DNA of 64,000 nucleotides from Alphaproteobacteria bacterium (GTDB taxonomy: Bacteria > Pseudomonadota > Alphaproteobacteria > GCA-2746255). Numbering within the stretch: the stretch's first letter is position 1; every line of letters starts with the position of its first letter. The notes under the pieces were generated by a model. That model worked only from the letters and a program-made list of their open reading frames with translations. It was not told the origin of the DNA and ran no database searches. The position numbers and the translations under genes were made by a program. Below, in pieces: positions 46,253 through 55,616 of this stretch. The stretch covers positions 1,792,001 to 1,856,000 of the forward strand of contig OZ252220.1 in NCBI GenBank assembly GCA_965249135.1, in the 5' to 3' direction.

Positions 46253-46707
46253 CGGTGACGGTCCAGGAGGCCTTGAATGCGACGCTCTTCATCGGGTGAG
46301 AGGGTGCGGGGCTCAAGGGCGGCGCGTCGGCGTCTGCGCAGGTAAAAAGTTGCGACAAGGATGGTGATTCCGAGAATGGCAAACGGACCCAGCCACAACG
46401 GATAGGTGGCCGGTTTCAAGGGGGGCTTCAAGAGCACGTAATCCCCATAGCGCTCGACGACGAAGGCAATCACCGCTTCGTCCGAATCCCCGGCTTCGAG
46501 GCGTTCGCGGATCAGCAGACGAAGATCGCGGGCAAGATCGGCATCCGAATCGTCGATGGATTGGTTTTGGCAGACCAGGCAGCGAAGTTCCTTTCCGATC
46601 TCTCGTGCACGCGCCTCGAGCATGGGATCGTCCAGGATTTCGTCCGGCTCGACGGCAAGGGCCGGCGTTGCGGCGAAAAGCAAAAGCGCGATGAAGACTC
46701 CCCTCAT
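46249..46707 (-). CDS. ccmH: Cytochrome c biogenesis protein CcmH
   Basis: LRCLVCQNQSIDDS, RYGDYVL. Confidence 0.95.
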   Translation of the reverse strand: MRGVFIALLLFAATPALAVEPDEILDDPMLEARAREIGKELRCLVCQNQSIDDSDADLARDLRLLIRERLEAGDSDEAVIAFVVERYGDYVLLKPPLKPATYPLWLGPFAILGITILVATFYLRRRRRAALEPRTLSPDEERRIQGLLDRHR

Positions 46708-47231
46708 TTTTCAAACCCTTCGATCAGAGACAGGAAATCTTCCTGCCAGTCGTCCGGCGTCAGGACTCCGACATGTTTCCACCGGATGCGGCCGTTCTGA
46801 TCCACCAGATAGGATTCGGGCACGCCGTAAACCCCCCAGTCGATGGCGACGCGGCCCGAACGGTCGGCACCGATCCGATCATAAGGGTTGCCTCTCTCCG
46901 CCAACCAACGCCTGGCGTCCTCGGGCTTGTCTTTGTAGTTGATGCCGACGACGCGAACGCGTCCCTCCTTTTGCAGTTTAACAAGCAAGGGATGTTCGAC
47001 TTTGCATGGAAGGCACCAGGAAGCAAAGAAGTTGACGAGCGTAAGCGTACCCACCAAGTTGGCCGTCTTGAGCCCTTCTTCGTTGGCTTCGAGAGAAGGA
47101 AGGTTGAATTCCGGCGCCAGCCGGTTGACCAGCGGCGAAGGCACGAGAGAAGGGTCATGGCCAAGACCCGTGAAGAAGAAAGCAAGGAGGCCGGCGAAAA
47201 GGAGAAACGGAAGTAGGAATTTAAAGCGCAT
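46704..47231 (-). CDS. ccmG: Thiol:disulfide interchange protein CcmG/DsbE
   Basis: ASWCLPCKVEH, WGVYGVPE. Confidence 0.95.
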   Translation of the reverse strand: MRFKFLLPFLLFAGLLAFFFTGLGHDPSLVPSPLVNRLAPEFNLPSLEANEEGLKTANLVGTLTLVNFFASWCLPCKVEHPLLVKLQKEGRVRVVGINYKDKPEDARRWLAERGNPYDRIGADRSGRVAIDWGVYGVPESYLVDQNGRIRWKHVGVLTPDDWQEDFLSLIEGFEK

Positions 47232-47232
47232 G

Positions 47233-49215
47233 TCATCCTTTCTCCGCTTCTAGCATGGTCTTTATTTTTGGGCCGTCTTTCACGCGGTAGCGGCGGTCGG
47301 CGAGCGAAAGGCCACCCCCAAGGGCGGCGAGGATTGCGCCGATCCAGATCCAGGGAACGAGGGGGTTGTGGTAAAGCCGGACCGCCCAAGGGCCTTCGCC
47401 ATCCGGCCGTTCGCCGAGAACGGCATAGAGATCCGCAAGCCAAGTCGTGTGAATCGCCGCCTCCGTCGTCCAGCGCCCTTCGACCGGGTAGTAACGCCGT
47501 TCCGGCGTGAGGCTTACGATTGCCTTGCCTTCGCGCGTGACACGGAAGGTGCCACGATCGGAAAGATAGTTGGGTCCCGAAAGGCGTTCTGCGCCCTCGA
47601 AGCGGACCTGGTAGCCAGCGATCGATACCTCATCGCCGGCTTGCATCGCGCGAATTTCCTCCGTCCGCCAAAGCGTCGAGGCGGTAATCCCGGCCAGCAG
47701 CACGGCGATGCCCATATGGGCGACGAACATGCCAAAGAAACTCAGCGGCAAGGCATGAAGGCGCGCCAAGCTTCCCGAAGGGCCGCTACGAAAAAGTTTC
47801 ACGCGTTCCGCCAGTAGAACCAGATTGCTGGAAAAGAGCCAGGCGGCGAGCCCGACGCCAAGCAGTGCCAGGAGAGATTTCCCTGAATAGAGGGCAGCGG
47901 TAGTGCCGGCCACGACGAAGGCTGCGAGCGCAGCAGCCCATAGGCGTCTAAGAACGGCGACGATATCCGCCCGCTTCCATGGGAGATAAGGCCCGATCCC
48001 CATGGCGAACACAAGCGGCAGGAATAACGGTAGAACGGTCGCATTAAAAAACGGCGGGCCGACGGAGACCTTCTCATCGCTCACTGCCTCCAGGATCAGG
48101 GGGTAGAGCGTGCCGAGAAACACACTAGCCGCCGCCGTCACGAGGAGCAGGTTGTTCAGCAGAAGTCCGCCTTCTCGCGACAAGGGCTCGAAATTGCCAA
48201 CGGGTTTTAGTTTCGGTGCGCGCATGGCGAAAAGGGCAAGGGAGCCTCCGATCGCAAGGGTGAGTAAGGCTAGAATGAAAATGCCCCGTGTCGGATCCGT
48301 GGCAAAGGCGTGGACGGAGACCAGAACGCCGGAACGCACAAGAAACGTTCCGATCAGGCTTAAGGAAAAAGCGAGGATGGCAAGCAATACGACCCAGCTT
48401 TTTAAGCTCTCGCGTTTCTCGACGACGCTTACGGAATGCAAAAGTGCCGTGCCGGCTAGCCACGGGAGAAGGGAGGCGTTTTCGACCGGGTCCCAGAACC
48501 AGAAACCACCCCAGCCGAGTTCGTAATAGGCCCACCAGCTACCCAGCGCGATGCCGATCGTGAGAAAGGCCCATGCGGTGAGGACCCAGGGGCGGACCCG
48601 TCGCGCCCAAGCCGAATCGATGCGGCCTTCAAGCAGACCGGCGATGGCGAAGGCGAAGGCAACGGAGAACCCGACATAGCCGAGATAGAGGAAGGGCGGG
48701 TGAAAGGCGAGGCCTGGGTCCTGAAGGAGCGGGTTCAGCCCCTGGCCATCCATCGGCGCCGGGTCGAGCCTGAGAAAGGGGTTCGACGTAAAAAGGATAA
48801 AAAACAGGAACCCCGTCGAAAGGCATCCCTGAACGCCAAGAACTCGGGCCCGCAGGGTGTGGGAGAGTTCCTTGCCGAATGCGACGAGCGCCTGGCCGAA
48901 GATGGCGAGAATAAGGACCCAAAGCAGCATCGAGCCCTCGTGATTTCCCCAAACGCCGGTAATTTTGTAGAGAAGCGGCTTTGCAGAATGGGAATATTTC
49001 GCAACGGTGAGTACGGAGAAGTCGGAAACGACAAACGCATGGATCAGTGCAAGGAATGCAATGGCAACGAATAAAAATTGAGTCGATGCGGCCGGTCCGG
49101 TCGCCAACATCCAATACGCATCCCTTCGTTTGGCTCCGAGAAGTCCGAGGATCGCCTGCACGCCTGCCGCGAAAAGGGCAAGCACCAGCGCGTAATGACC
49201 GAGCTCCGGTATCAT
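47233..49215 (-). CDS. ccmF: Heme lyase CcmF
   Basis: HEGS, HPP, WAYYELGWGGFWFWDPVEN, SVHAF. Confidence 0.97.
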   Translation of the reverse strand: MIPELGHYALVLALFAAGVQAILGLLGAKRRDAYWMLATGPAASTQFLFVAIAFLALIHAFVVSDFSVLTVAKYSHSAKPLLYKITGVWGNHEGSMLLWVLILAIFGQALVAFGKELSHTLRARVLGVQGCLSTGFLFFILFTSNPFLRLDPAPMDGQGLNPLLQDPGLAFHPPFLYLGYVGFSVAFAFAIAGLLEGRIDSAWARRVRPWVLTAWAFLTIGIALGSWWAYYELGWGGFWFWDPVENASLLPWLAGTALLHSVSVVEKRESLKSWVVLLAILAFSLSLIGTFLVRSGVLVSVHAFATDPTRGIFILALLTLAIGGSLALFAMRAPKLKPVGNFEPLSREGGLLLNNLLLVTAAASVFLGTLYPLILEAVSDEKVSVGPPFFNATVLPLFLPLVFAMGIGPYLPWKRADIVAVLRRLWAAALAAFVVAGTTAALYSGKSLLALLGVGLAAWLFSSNLVLLAERVKLFRSGPSGSLARLHALPLSFFGMFVAHMGIAVLLAGITASTLWRTEEIRAMQAGDEVSIAGYQVRFEGAERLSGPNYLSDRGTFRVTREGKAIVSLTPERRYYPVEGRWTTEAAIHTTWLADLYAVLGERPDGEGPWAVRLYHNPLVPWIWIGAILAALGGGLSLADRRYRVKDGPKIKTMLEAEKG

Positions 49216-49658
49216 TCCGGCTTTCCTTCCTGCCAGCGACCGGCTCTCTTTAAGGCATCCGCCACTTCCGGAGGCATGTAGTTTTCATCGTGCTTGGCCA
49301 GCACACGGCTTGCTTCGAAAACGCCGTCTTCCCGCAAGCTTCCTTCCGCAACGATGCCCTGACCCTCCCGGAAGAGATCCGGCAACAGCCCGCGATAACG
49401 CACGGCGGTGCTATGTTCAAAATCCGTCACCCGAAAGGTCACCTCAAGGCCGGTTTTGCTTTTCTTCACGCTCCCTTCCTCGACGAGGCCGCCGATCCGG
49501 ATTCGTTCCTTCATTTGAACCGTTTTTGTCTGAAGATCCGAAGGCGAATAGAAAAAGACGAGGTTTTCTTCAAGAGCGGAGAGAATAAGCGTCGCCGCTA
49601 GACCTAAGGCAATCAATCCGGAAAGCACGAAAAAAAGGCGACGCCGCTTGCGGGTCAT
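49212..49658 (-). CDS. ccmE: Heme chaperone CcmE
   Basis: LPDLFREGQG, LAKHDENY. Confidence 0.97.
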   Translation of the reverse strand: MTRKRRRLFFVLSGLIALGLAATLILSALEENLVFFYSPSDLQTKTVQMKERIRIGGLVEEGSVKKSKTGLEVTFRVTDFEHSTAVRYRGLLPDLFREGQGIVAEGSLREDGVFEASRVLAKHDENYMPPEVADALKRAGRWQEGKPE

Positions 49659-49834
49659 CCCTTGCGCTCGTCCGATCCGTTCGATTGAAGATCACGGAGA
49701 GTCCGCTCGTGCACGCGCAATTCACGAAGGCTCCATGCAAGAAGTCCAACTAGCACGACAAGTGCCACGGCGTAAGCCGGCCAGATGAACTCGCCATAGC
49801 CACCCATCATCAGGAGCTCTTTGATTTTGTCCAC
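49655..49834 (-). CDS. ccmD: Heme exporter protein CcmD (59 aa; absent from the ORF track)
   Basis: Manual translation: GTG start, DKIKELLMMGGYGEFIWPAYAVALVVLVGLLAWS...KG*; lies between ccmC and ccmE. Confidence 0.88.
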   Translation of the reverse strand: MDKIKELLMMGGYGEFIWPAYAVALVVLVGLLAWSLRELRVHERTLRDLQSNGSDERKG

Positions 49835-49855
49835 GTCGCCTCTGGGGGTTGGTGC

Positions 49856-50596
49856 TTACGCCTCTCCAATATGCGGGTCCGTGCCTGCTTGAACAAGGCG
49901 AAGGGTGCGGATTTTCCGCACCAAAAGCGCGCTTCGGACACGAATCAGGAGGAGGACGACGAAAAAGGCGGTGAAACCGACCGTCATCAGCAGAAGTGGG
50001 GTCAACATCGAAGCATGGATCGTCGGCCCGTCAAAGCGAACGACGCTCGCCGGCTGGTGGAGGGTGTGCCACCAGTCAACGGACCATTTAATGATTGGCA
50101 CGTTGACGAAGCCAATCAAAGCCAGCACGGCCGCCGCCTTCGCGCTACGGCTTGAGTCTTCGAAGGCATTCTGCAAGGCTATATAACCAAGGTAGAGAAA
50201 GAAAAGAATCAGGACCGATGTCAGACGTGCATCCCATACCCACCACGTTCCCCAGGTCGGTTTTCCCCAAAGCGATCCGGTCACAAGGGTGACTAGGGTA
50301 AAGCCTGCACCGATCGGAGCCGCCGCGCGCGCCAGCACATCGGCGAGCGGGACCTTCCAAACCAGGAAGAAGCCGCTTGCCACCGCGATTGTCGTATAGA
50401 TGGCAAGCGCCATCCAGGCGGATGGAACGTGGACGTACATGATGCGCACGCTTTCGCCTTGTTGGTAGTCGGGTGGGGCGAAGAAAAGACCCAGCACAAG
50501 ACCGGCACCCATGCTCACCACCGTGATTCCAGCCGCCCATGGCAGGATTTGCTTGGCAAGCTTTTGAAAACGATTCGGGTTGGCGAGTGCGAACAT
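49856..50596 (-). CDS. ccmC: Heme exporter CcmC
   Basis: YVHVP, WGKPTWGTWWVWDARLT, LHQ. Confidence 0.97.
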   Translation of the reverse strand: MFALANPNRFQKLAKQILPWAAGITVVSMGAGLVLGLFFAPPDYQQGESVRIMYVHVPSAWMALAIYTTIAVASGFFLVWKVPLADVLARAAAPIGAGFTLVTLVTGSLWGKPTWGTWWVWDARLTSVLILFFLYLGYIALQNAFEDSSRSAKAAAVLALIGFVNVPIIKWSVDWWHTLHQPASVVRFDGPTIHASMLTPLLLMTVGFTAFFVVLLLIRVRSALLVRKIRTLRLVQAGTDPHIGEA

Positions 50597-50609
50597 CGGA
50601 TTTGGAATT

Positions 50610-51275
50610 CTATTCGAGCGCTTGACGTAAGGCCACCGCGCTTACCCATGGGGAAAGAGCCAGCGCAAGCACCAGAAAACCGCCTAGCACGGTAAGGCGC
50701 GGGGTCGGGTCCAGCCCCATCGCTGCGGCATCGATGGCAGCTACGCCGAAGATAAGAACCGGTACCAATAGCGGCAGCAACAGCAACGAGAGCAGGACGC
50801 CGCCGCGCTGTGAACCAAGAATTAAGGCCGCCCCAATCGCTCCTAAAAAACTCAGCACCGGCGTTCCAAGCAGCATCGCAAGCACCATCGCGCCGATCGC
50901 GGAGGAGGGAAGTTGCAACAGCAAAGCAAGGATCGGGGACGCCACTAGAAGCGGGAAGCCCGTCGTCAACCAATGGGCGACACATTTCGCAAGGACAATC
51001 ACTTCCATCGGCACCGGCGCCACCGCCAATAGCTCGAGGCTGCCGTCCTCGTAATCCACCTGAAAAAGGCGTTCGAGCGAAAGCATGGCGGCTAGCAAGG
51101 CCATCACCCAAATGACACCGGCGGCGATACGTGCCAGCACGCTTGCCTCCGGTCCGACACCAAATGGGAAGAGAAGGGCAGCAAGCAAAAAAAAGAACAC
51201 CGCCGCCGCACTCTCATTTGCCTGGCGGAGGCTGAGTGTCAGCTCACGCCGAAGAAGAAGCGAGAAAGCCTTCAC
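50610..51275 (-). CDS. ccmB: Heme exporter CcmB
   Basis: FQVDYEDGSLE, PVLIFG; hydrophobic. Confidence 0.95.
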   Translation of the reverse strand: MKAFSLLLRRELTLSLRQANESAAAVFFFLLAALLFPFGVGPEASVLARIAAGVIWVMALLAAMLSLERLFQVDYEDGSLELLAVAPVPMEVIVLAKCVAHWLTTGFPLLVASPILALLLQLPSSAIGAMVLAMLLGTPVLSFLGAIGAALILGSQRGGVLLSLLLLPLLVPVLIFGVAAIDAAAMGLDPTPRLTVLGGFLVLALALSPWVSAVALRQALE

Positions 51276-51907
51276 GGGGCTCGCTCCTGCAGGTATGCCG
51301 CGAAAACGAGCTCGAGGATTTCCCCGTCCGGAGGCATTTCCTCGTCATGGGTGGCTAGCACAAGCATGCCGCCATGGGCACGGTGTTGGATGATCGCCTC
51401 ACGAAGACGGTGGCTAGTCTCTCGATCGAGTGCTGCCTCCGGCTCATCGAGAAGCCAAAGGGGAGCCTTCGTCGCGAGAAGCCGTGAAAGCGCCAAACGC
51501 CGGCGCTGACCCGCCGACAGAAACCGCGCCGGCATGTCGGCGAGATGGCCGAGCCCGAAGTGGTCAAGCGCACTGTTCACCCGGTCCGCTGCGCCATGGA
51601 GCGTCGCCCAAAAGGCAAGGTTTTCCCGAACGCTCAAACTTGTCTTGATGGCGTCCGCATGGCCGACGAAGCAAAGCCTTTCGTGATGGGCCTCCGGGTT
51701 GTCGGCGATTGCAACCCCTTCCCAGCGGATGGCGCCACTTGCCGGTGCGCTCAACCCCGCCATCAGGCGGAGCAGGCTGGTCTTACCGCTGCCGTTGGGA
51801 CCGGTGAGCACGAGGGCGCCGCCATTTCGCACTTCGAAATCGAGTCCGTCGAAGACCCGACGTTCCCCGCGGATGCAGGTAAGGTCTTGGCCCGTAAACG
51901 TCGCCAT
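51272..51907 (-). CDS. ccmA: Heme ABC exporter ATPase CcmA
   Basis: GPNGSGKT, LSAGQRRR, LWLLDEP. Confidence 0.95.
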   Translation of the reverse strand: MATFTGQDLTCIRGERRVFDGLDFEVRNGGALVLTGPNGSGKTSLLRLMAGLSAPASGAIRWEGVAIADNPEAHHERLCFVGHADAIKTSLSVRENLAFWATLHGAADRVNSALDHFGLGHLADMPARFLSAGQRRRLALSRLLATKAPLWLLDEPEAALDRETSHRLREAIIQHRAHGGMLVLATHDEEMPPDGEILELVFAAYLQERAP

Positions 51908-52121
51908 GCTGTCCTGTCTCTTTTATTCCAACGGCTTAAGGGTTGTCCATGGATGGGGGAGCCTAAGGGATTCGCGCCTTCCTAGCCCAAATGAAAACGA
52001 AGCTCAAGCCGACCCACTTTTGGAGCCACGCCGGATGGGTGTGCCCGCGTAGGAACCTCCCGTTAAAGACGGAGTATGTAATCCATGATAGTTTCTAGGC
52101 GCGTTTTTCTGGGAGGCGTAG

Positions 52122-54797
52122 ATGGCAGCGAGCGGATCGGATAGAGCACCGTCCAAGCGGTCCCTCAAGGTTGGCGATAAGGCTTACGACTACTTCAGTC
52201 TCGAGGCGGCAGCCGCGATTGGGGACATCCGCCGCTTGCCCTTTTCACTAAAAGTCTTGCTCGAAAATCTTCTCCGTCATGAAGATGGGAAGAGCGTGAT
52301 GGCAGATGACATCGAGGCTCTCGCGAAATGGACCGAGACGCGAACCTCCGACCGTGAGATTGCCTTCCGTCCGGCGCGGGTTCTCATGCAGGATTTCACC
52401 GGTGTCCCTGCCGTCGTCGATCTGGCGACGATGCGCGATGCGATGGTGGCGATGGGCGGGGATCCGAAAAAAATCAACCCACTGTCACCGGTCGATCTCG
52501 TCATTGACCATTCCGTCACCGTTGATAATTTTGGGGATGCCGGTGCATTTCAGGCGAACGTCGCAAAGGAGTTCGAACGCAACCGCGAACGTTATGCCTT
52601 TCTTCGCTGGGGTCAGGAGGCGTTCGACAATTTTCGCGTTGTCCCGCCGGGGACCGGTATCTGTCATCAGGTGAATCTCGAATACCTGTCGAAGGTCGTC
52701 TGGACCATGGAGGGTGCCGCTTCGCCGCTAGCCTATCCCGACACGCTGGTCGGTACGGACAGCCACACGGTCATGGTGAACGGCTTGGCCGTTCTGGGCT
52801 GGGGTGTCGGCGGCATCGAGGCGGAGGCGGTCATGTTGGGCCAGCCGATCTCGATGGTGATTCCGGAAGTGATCGGCTTCAAACTTACCGGCGAATTGGC
52901 GGAAGGGGTTACCGCCACGGATTTGGTGCTTACGATCACACAGATGCTGCGCGAGAAAGGGGTCGTCGGCAAATTCGTCGAATTCTTCGGGACCGGCCTT
53001 GACCATCTGTCGCTCGCCGATCGCGCCACCATCGGCAACATGGCGCCGGAATATGGTGCGACCTGCGGTTTCTTCCCCGTCGATGACGAAACACTTCGCT
53101 ACCTTCGCCTGACCGGACGGGAAACGGCTCAGATCGAACTCGTCGAGGCCTATGCAAAGGCGCAGGGGCTCTGGCGCGACGGCGGCACCCCGGATCCGGT
53201 CTTTACCGACACGCTCGCGCTTGAACTTGGCGAGGTGGAGCCAAGCCTGGCTGGGCCGAAACGTCCACAGGACCGCTTGTTGCTTTCGGAGATGGCGGCG
53301 TCCTTCGGCAAGACCCTCGAAGAGGCAGGCGTGAAGGCACAACGCCGGGTCGAGGTGGAAGGGATGGACCATGCGCTTAGCGACGGCGACGTCGTCATCG
53401 CCGCCATCACCAGCTGCACGAACACCTCGAACCCCGCCGTCATGATCGGCGCCGGGCTTCTGGCGAAGAAGGCGCTGGAAAAGGGCCTCGTCCGCAAGCC
53501 CTGGGTGAAAACCTCGCTCGCACCCGGCTCGCAGGTCGTCACCGAGTATCTGGAAGCCGCCGGCCTGCAAGACGCGCTCGACCGGCTCGGCTTCAACCTC
53601 GTCGGCTATGGCTGCACGACCTGTATCGGGAATTCCGGGCCGCTGGACCCGCGGATCGCCGCGGCGATCGAGAAAGAAGACCTGATTGCAACGAGCGTCC
53701 TTTCGGGAAACCGCAACTTTGAAGGCCGCATCAATCCGCAGGTGAAGGCGAATTATCTCGCCTCGCCGCCGCTGGTTGTGGCCTATGCGCTAGCCGGTTC
53801 CGTCACCATGGATCTTAAACGCGACCCGATCGGCGAAGGGAAGGACGGGCCGGTATTCTTGCGCGACATTTGGCCGTCGAACCACGAGATCCATGCCATC
53901 ATCGAGAAGGTGTTGAGCCCGGAGATGTTCAGGAAGCGCTATGGGAACGTCTTCGAGGGCCCGGAGGAATGGCGTGCGATCGCGGCGCCCGCCGGGGAAA
54001 CCTATCGCTGGGACGACACCAGCACCTATGTGAAGCATCCCCCCTATTTTGTTGGCCTTGCGAAGCGGCCCGGCGCCATTACCGATATCCACGGCGCCAG
54101 GCCTCTTGTCGTCCTTGGCGACAGCGTGACGACGGACCACATTTCGCCGGCCGGTGCCATCAAGAAGGCATCCCCGGCCGGCGAATATTTGCTTGAGCGG
54201 GACGTGACGCAGGGCGACTTCAATTCCTACGGCGCGCGGCGCGGCAATCATGAGGTGATGATGCGTGGCACCTTTGCGAACATTCGCCTCAGGAACGAAA
54301 TGGCGCCGGGAACGGAAGGTGGCGTGACCCGGCATATGCCGGACGGCAAAGAGATGTCGATCTATGAGGCGGCCATGGCCTATCAGCGGGAAGGCGTGCC
54401 GCTGGTGGTGGTGGCCGGCAAGGAGTATGGCACCGGCTCGTCCCGCGACTGGGCGGCGAAGGGGACGCGCCTTCTCGGCGTGCTTGCCGTCCTCGTGGAA
54501 AGCTTTGAGCGCATACACCGTTCGAACCTCGTCGGCATGGGGGTGCTGCCGCTTTGCTTCCCGAGCGGCGTTACCCGGAAATCGCTGCAGCTGGATGGAA
54601 GCGAGACCTTCGATCTTCTCGGTATCGGCAAAGGGGTAAAGCCCCGCATGGAAATCGAATGCCGGATCACACGGGCGGATGGAAAAAGCGAAACCGTGTC
54701 CCTGCTTTGCCGTATCGACACGGCGGACGAGGTGCAATACTTCCTGAACGGCGGCATCCTGCACTATGTGCTTCGCCGTTTGGAAGAAGCGGCTTAG
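52122..54797 (+). CDS. acnA: Aconitate hydratase A
   Basis: [54 protein letters not shown]. Confidence 0.98.
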   Translation: MAASGSDRAPSKRSLKVGDKAYDYFSLEAAAAIGDIRRLPFSLKVLLENLLRHEDGKSVMADDIEALAKWTETRTSDREIAFRPARVLMQDFTGVPAVVDLATMRDAMVAMGGDPKKINPLSPVDLVIDHSVTVDNFGDAGAFQANVAKEFERNRERYAFLRWGQEAFDNFRVVPPGTGICHQVNLEYLSKVVWTMEGAASPLAYPDTLVGTDSHTVMVNGLAVLGWGVGGIEAEAVMLGQPISMVIPEVIGFKLTGELAEGVTATDLVLTITQMLREKGVVGKFVEFFGTGLDHLSLADRATIGNMAPEYGATCGFFPVDDETLRYLRLTGRETAQIELVEAYAKAQGLWRDGGTPDPVFTDTLALELGEVEPSLAGPKRPQDRLLLSEMAASFGKTLEEAGVKAQRRVEVEGMDHALSDGDVVIAAITSCTNTSNPAVMIGAGLLAKKALEKGLVRKPWVKTSLAPGSQVVTEYLEAAGLQDALDRLGFNLVGYGCTTCIGNSGPLDPRIAAAIEKEDLIATSVLSGNRNFEGRINPQVKANYLASPPLVVAYALAGSVTMDLKRDPIGEGKDGPVFLRDIWPSNHEIHAIIEKVLSPEMFRKRYGNVFEGPEEWRAIAAPAGETYRWDDTSTYVKHPPYFVGLAKRPGAITDIHGARPLVVLGDSVTTDHISPAGAIKKASPAGEYLLERDVTQGDFNSYGARRGNHEVMMRGTFANIRLRNEMAPGTEGGVTRHMPDGKEMSIYEAAMAYQREGVPLVVVAGKEYGTGSSRDWAAKGTRLLGVLAVLVESFERIHRSNLVGMGVLPLCFPSGVTRKSLQLDGSETFDLLGIGKGVKPRMEIECRITRADGKSETVSLLCRIDTADEVQYFLNGGILHYVLRRLEEAA

Positions 54798-54824
54798 GAC
54801 AACGTTTCGAAAACCGGATGGAAG

Positions 54825-55616
54825 CTAACGGGCGCGCTTTAAACTCGCCTTCGTGAAGCCCGCGTCCGTGAGCCCTGTCTGGAACTGATAATTCCCCCAG
54901 AGAAGCGTCGTGCTTTTGCCCGTCTGGTGGTTCACCATCAACATTTCATGGGACCGCCAGTACTTGTCCAGGTAGCGGCGGTATTTCTTGAAAGTCAGCG
55001 TCTTCAGAAGCGACTGCTTGCGATCGTAATAATCCACTTTCCATATGCGGTATTCGGTCTTGTCGAGCCATACGACCTGGCGCGTGTAACCGGAATATTT
55101 GTAGGTGGGGATGCGCTCGATGACGAAGCAACCCTGCCCCTCGATCTCTTCGTCGAGGAGGTACCGGTAGGTGTATTTCTCGACTTCTTGGTCGGAAAGG
55201 TCCTCAAAGGCGAACTCGCTTCCCATGAAGGGGCCGGATTTATTCGTGGAGGCGATTCGTTTCACGCGCTTCACCGCCGGCAGGTAGAGCCATTGATCGT
55301 CCGGTTCGAACTTGTGGCTGAAGGTCAACAGACCGGTGTTCTTCACGTCGGCGGGACGCTTGAAGGTCATCAGGCTCTTGTCGCTGTCTTCCAGGAGTTC
55401 CAAGGAGCGCACCTCCATGAAACGCTCGCTTTCCTCGCCATGGCGGTTGCGCAAGACCATCACCAGTTCGGCCGTGCTGTCCTGGTAGCCGAGCCCGCGG
55501 CGATCCGCCTCCTTGGCGATGGCAAGGCCTTTCTCTTCCGGCGTTTCCGCCCGGGCGGTCGTTGCAAACGCCAGCGCCACTGCTAAAACCAAGGCGATCC
55601 TTCGCATCTGCCTCAT
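54825..55616 (-). CDS. Outer membrane lipoprotein-sorting (LolA-like) protein
   Basis: Signal peptide, DDQWLYLPA..RVKRI, FMGSEFAFED; coupled to the MMPL gene. Confidence 0.82.
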   Translation of the reverse strand: MRQMRRIALVLAVALAFATTARAETPEEKGLAIAKEADRRGLGYQDSTAELVMVLRNRHGEESERFMEVRSLELLEDSDKSLMTFKRPADVKNTGLLTFSHKFEPDDQWLYLPAVKRVKRIASTNKSGPFMGSEFAFEDLSDQEVEKYTYRYLLDEEIEGQGCFVIERIPTYKYSGYTRQVVWLDKTEYRIWKVDYYDRKQSLLKTLTFKKYRRYLDKYWRSHEMLMVNHQTGKSTTLLWGNYQFQTGLTDAGFTKASLKRAR

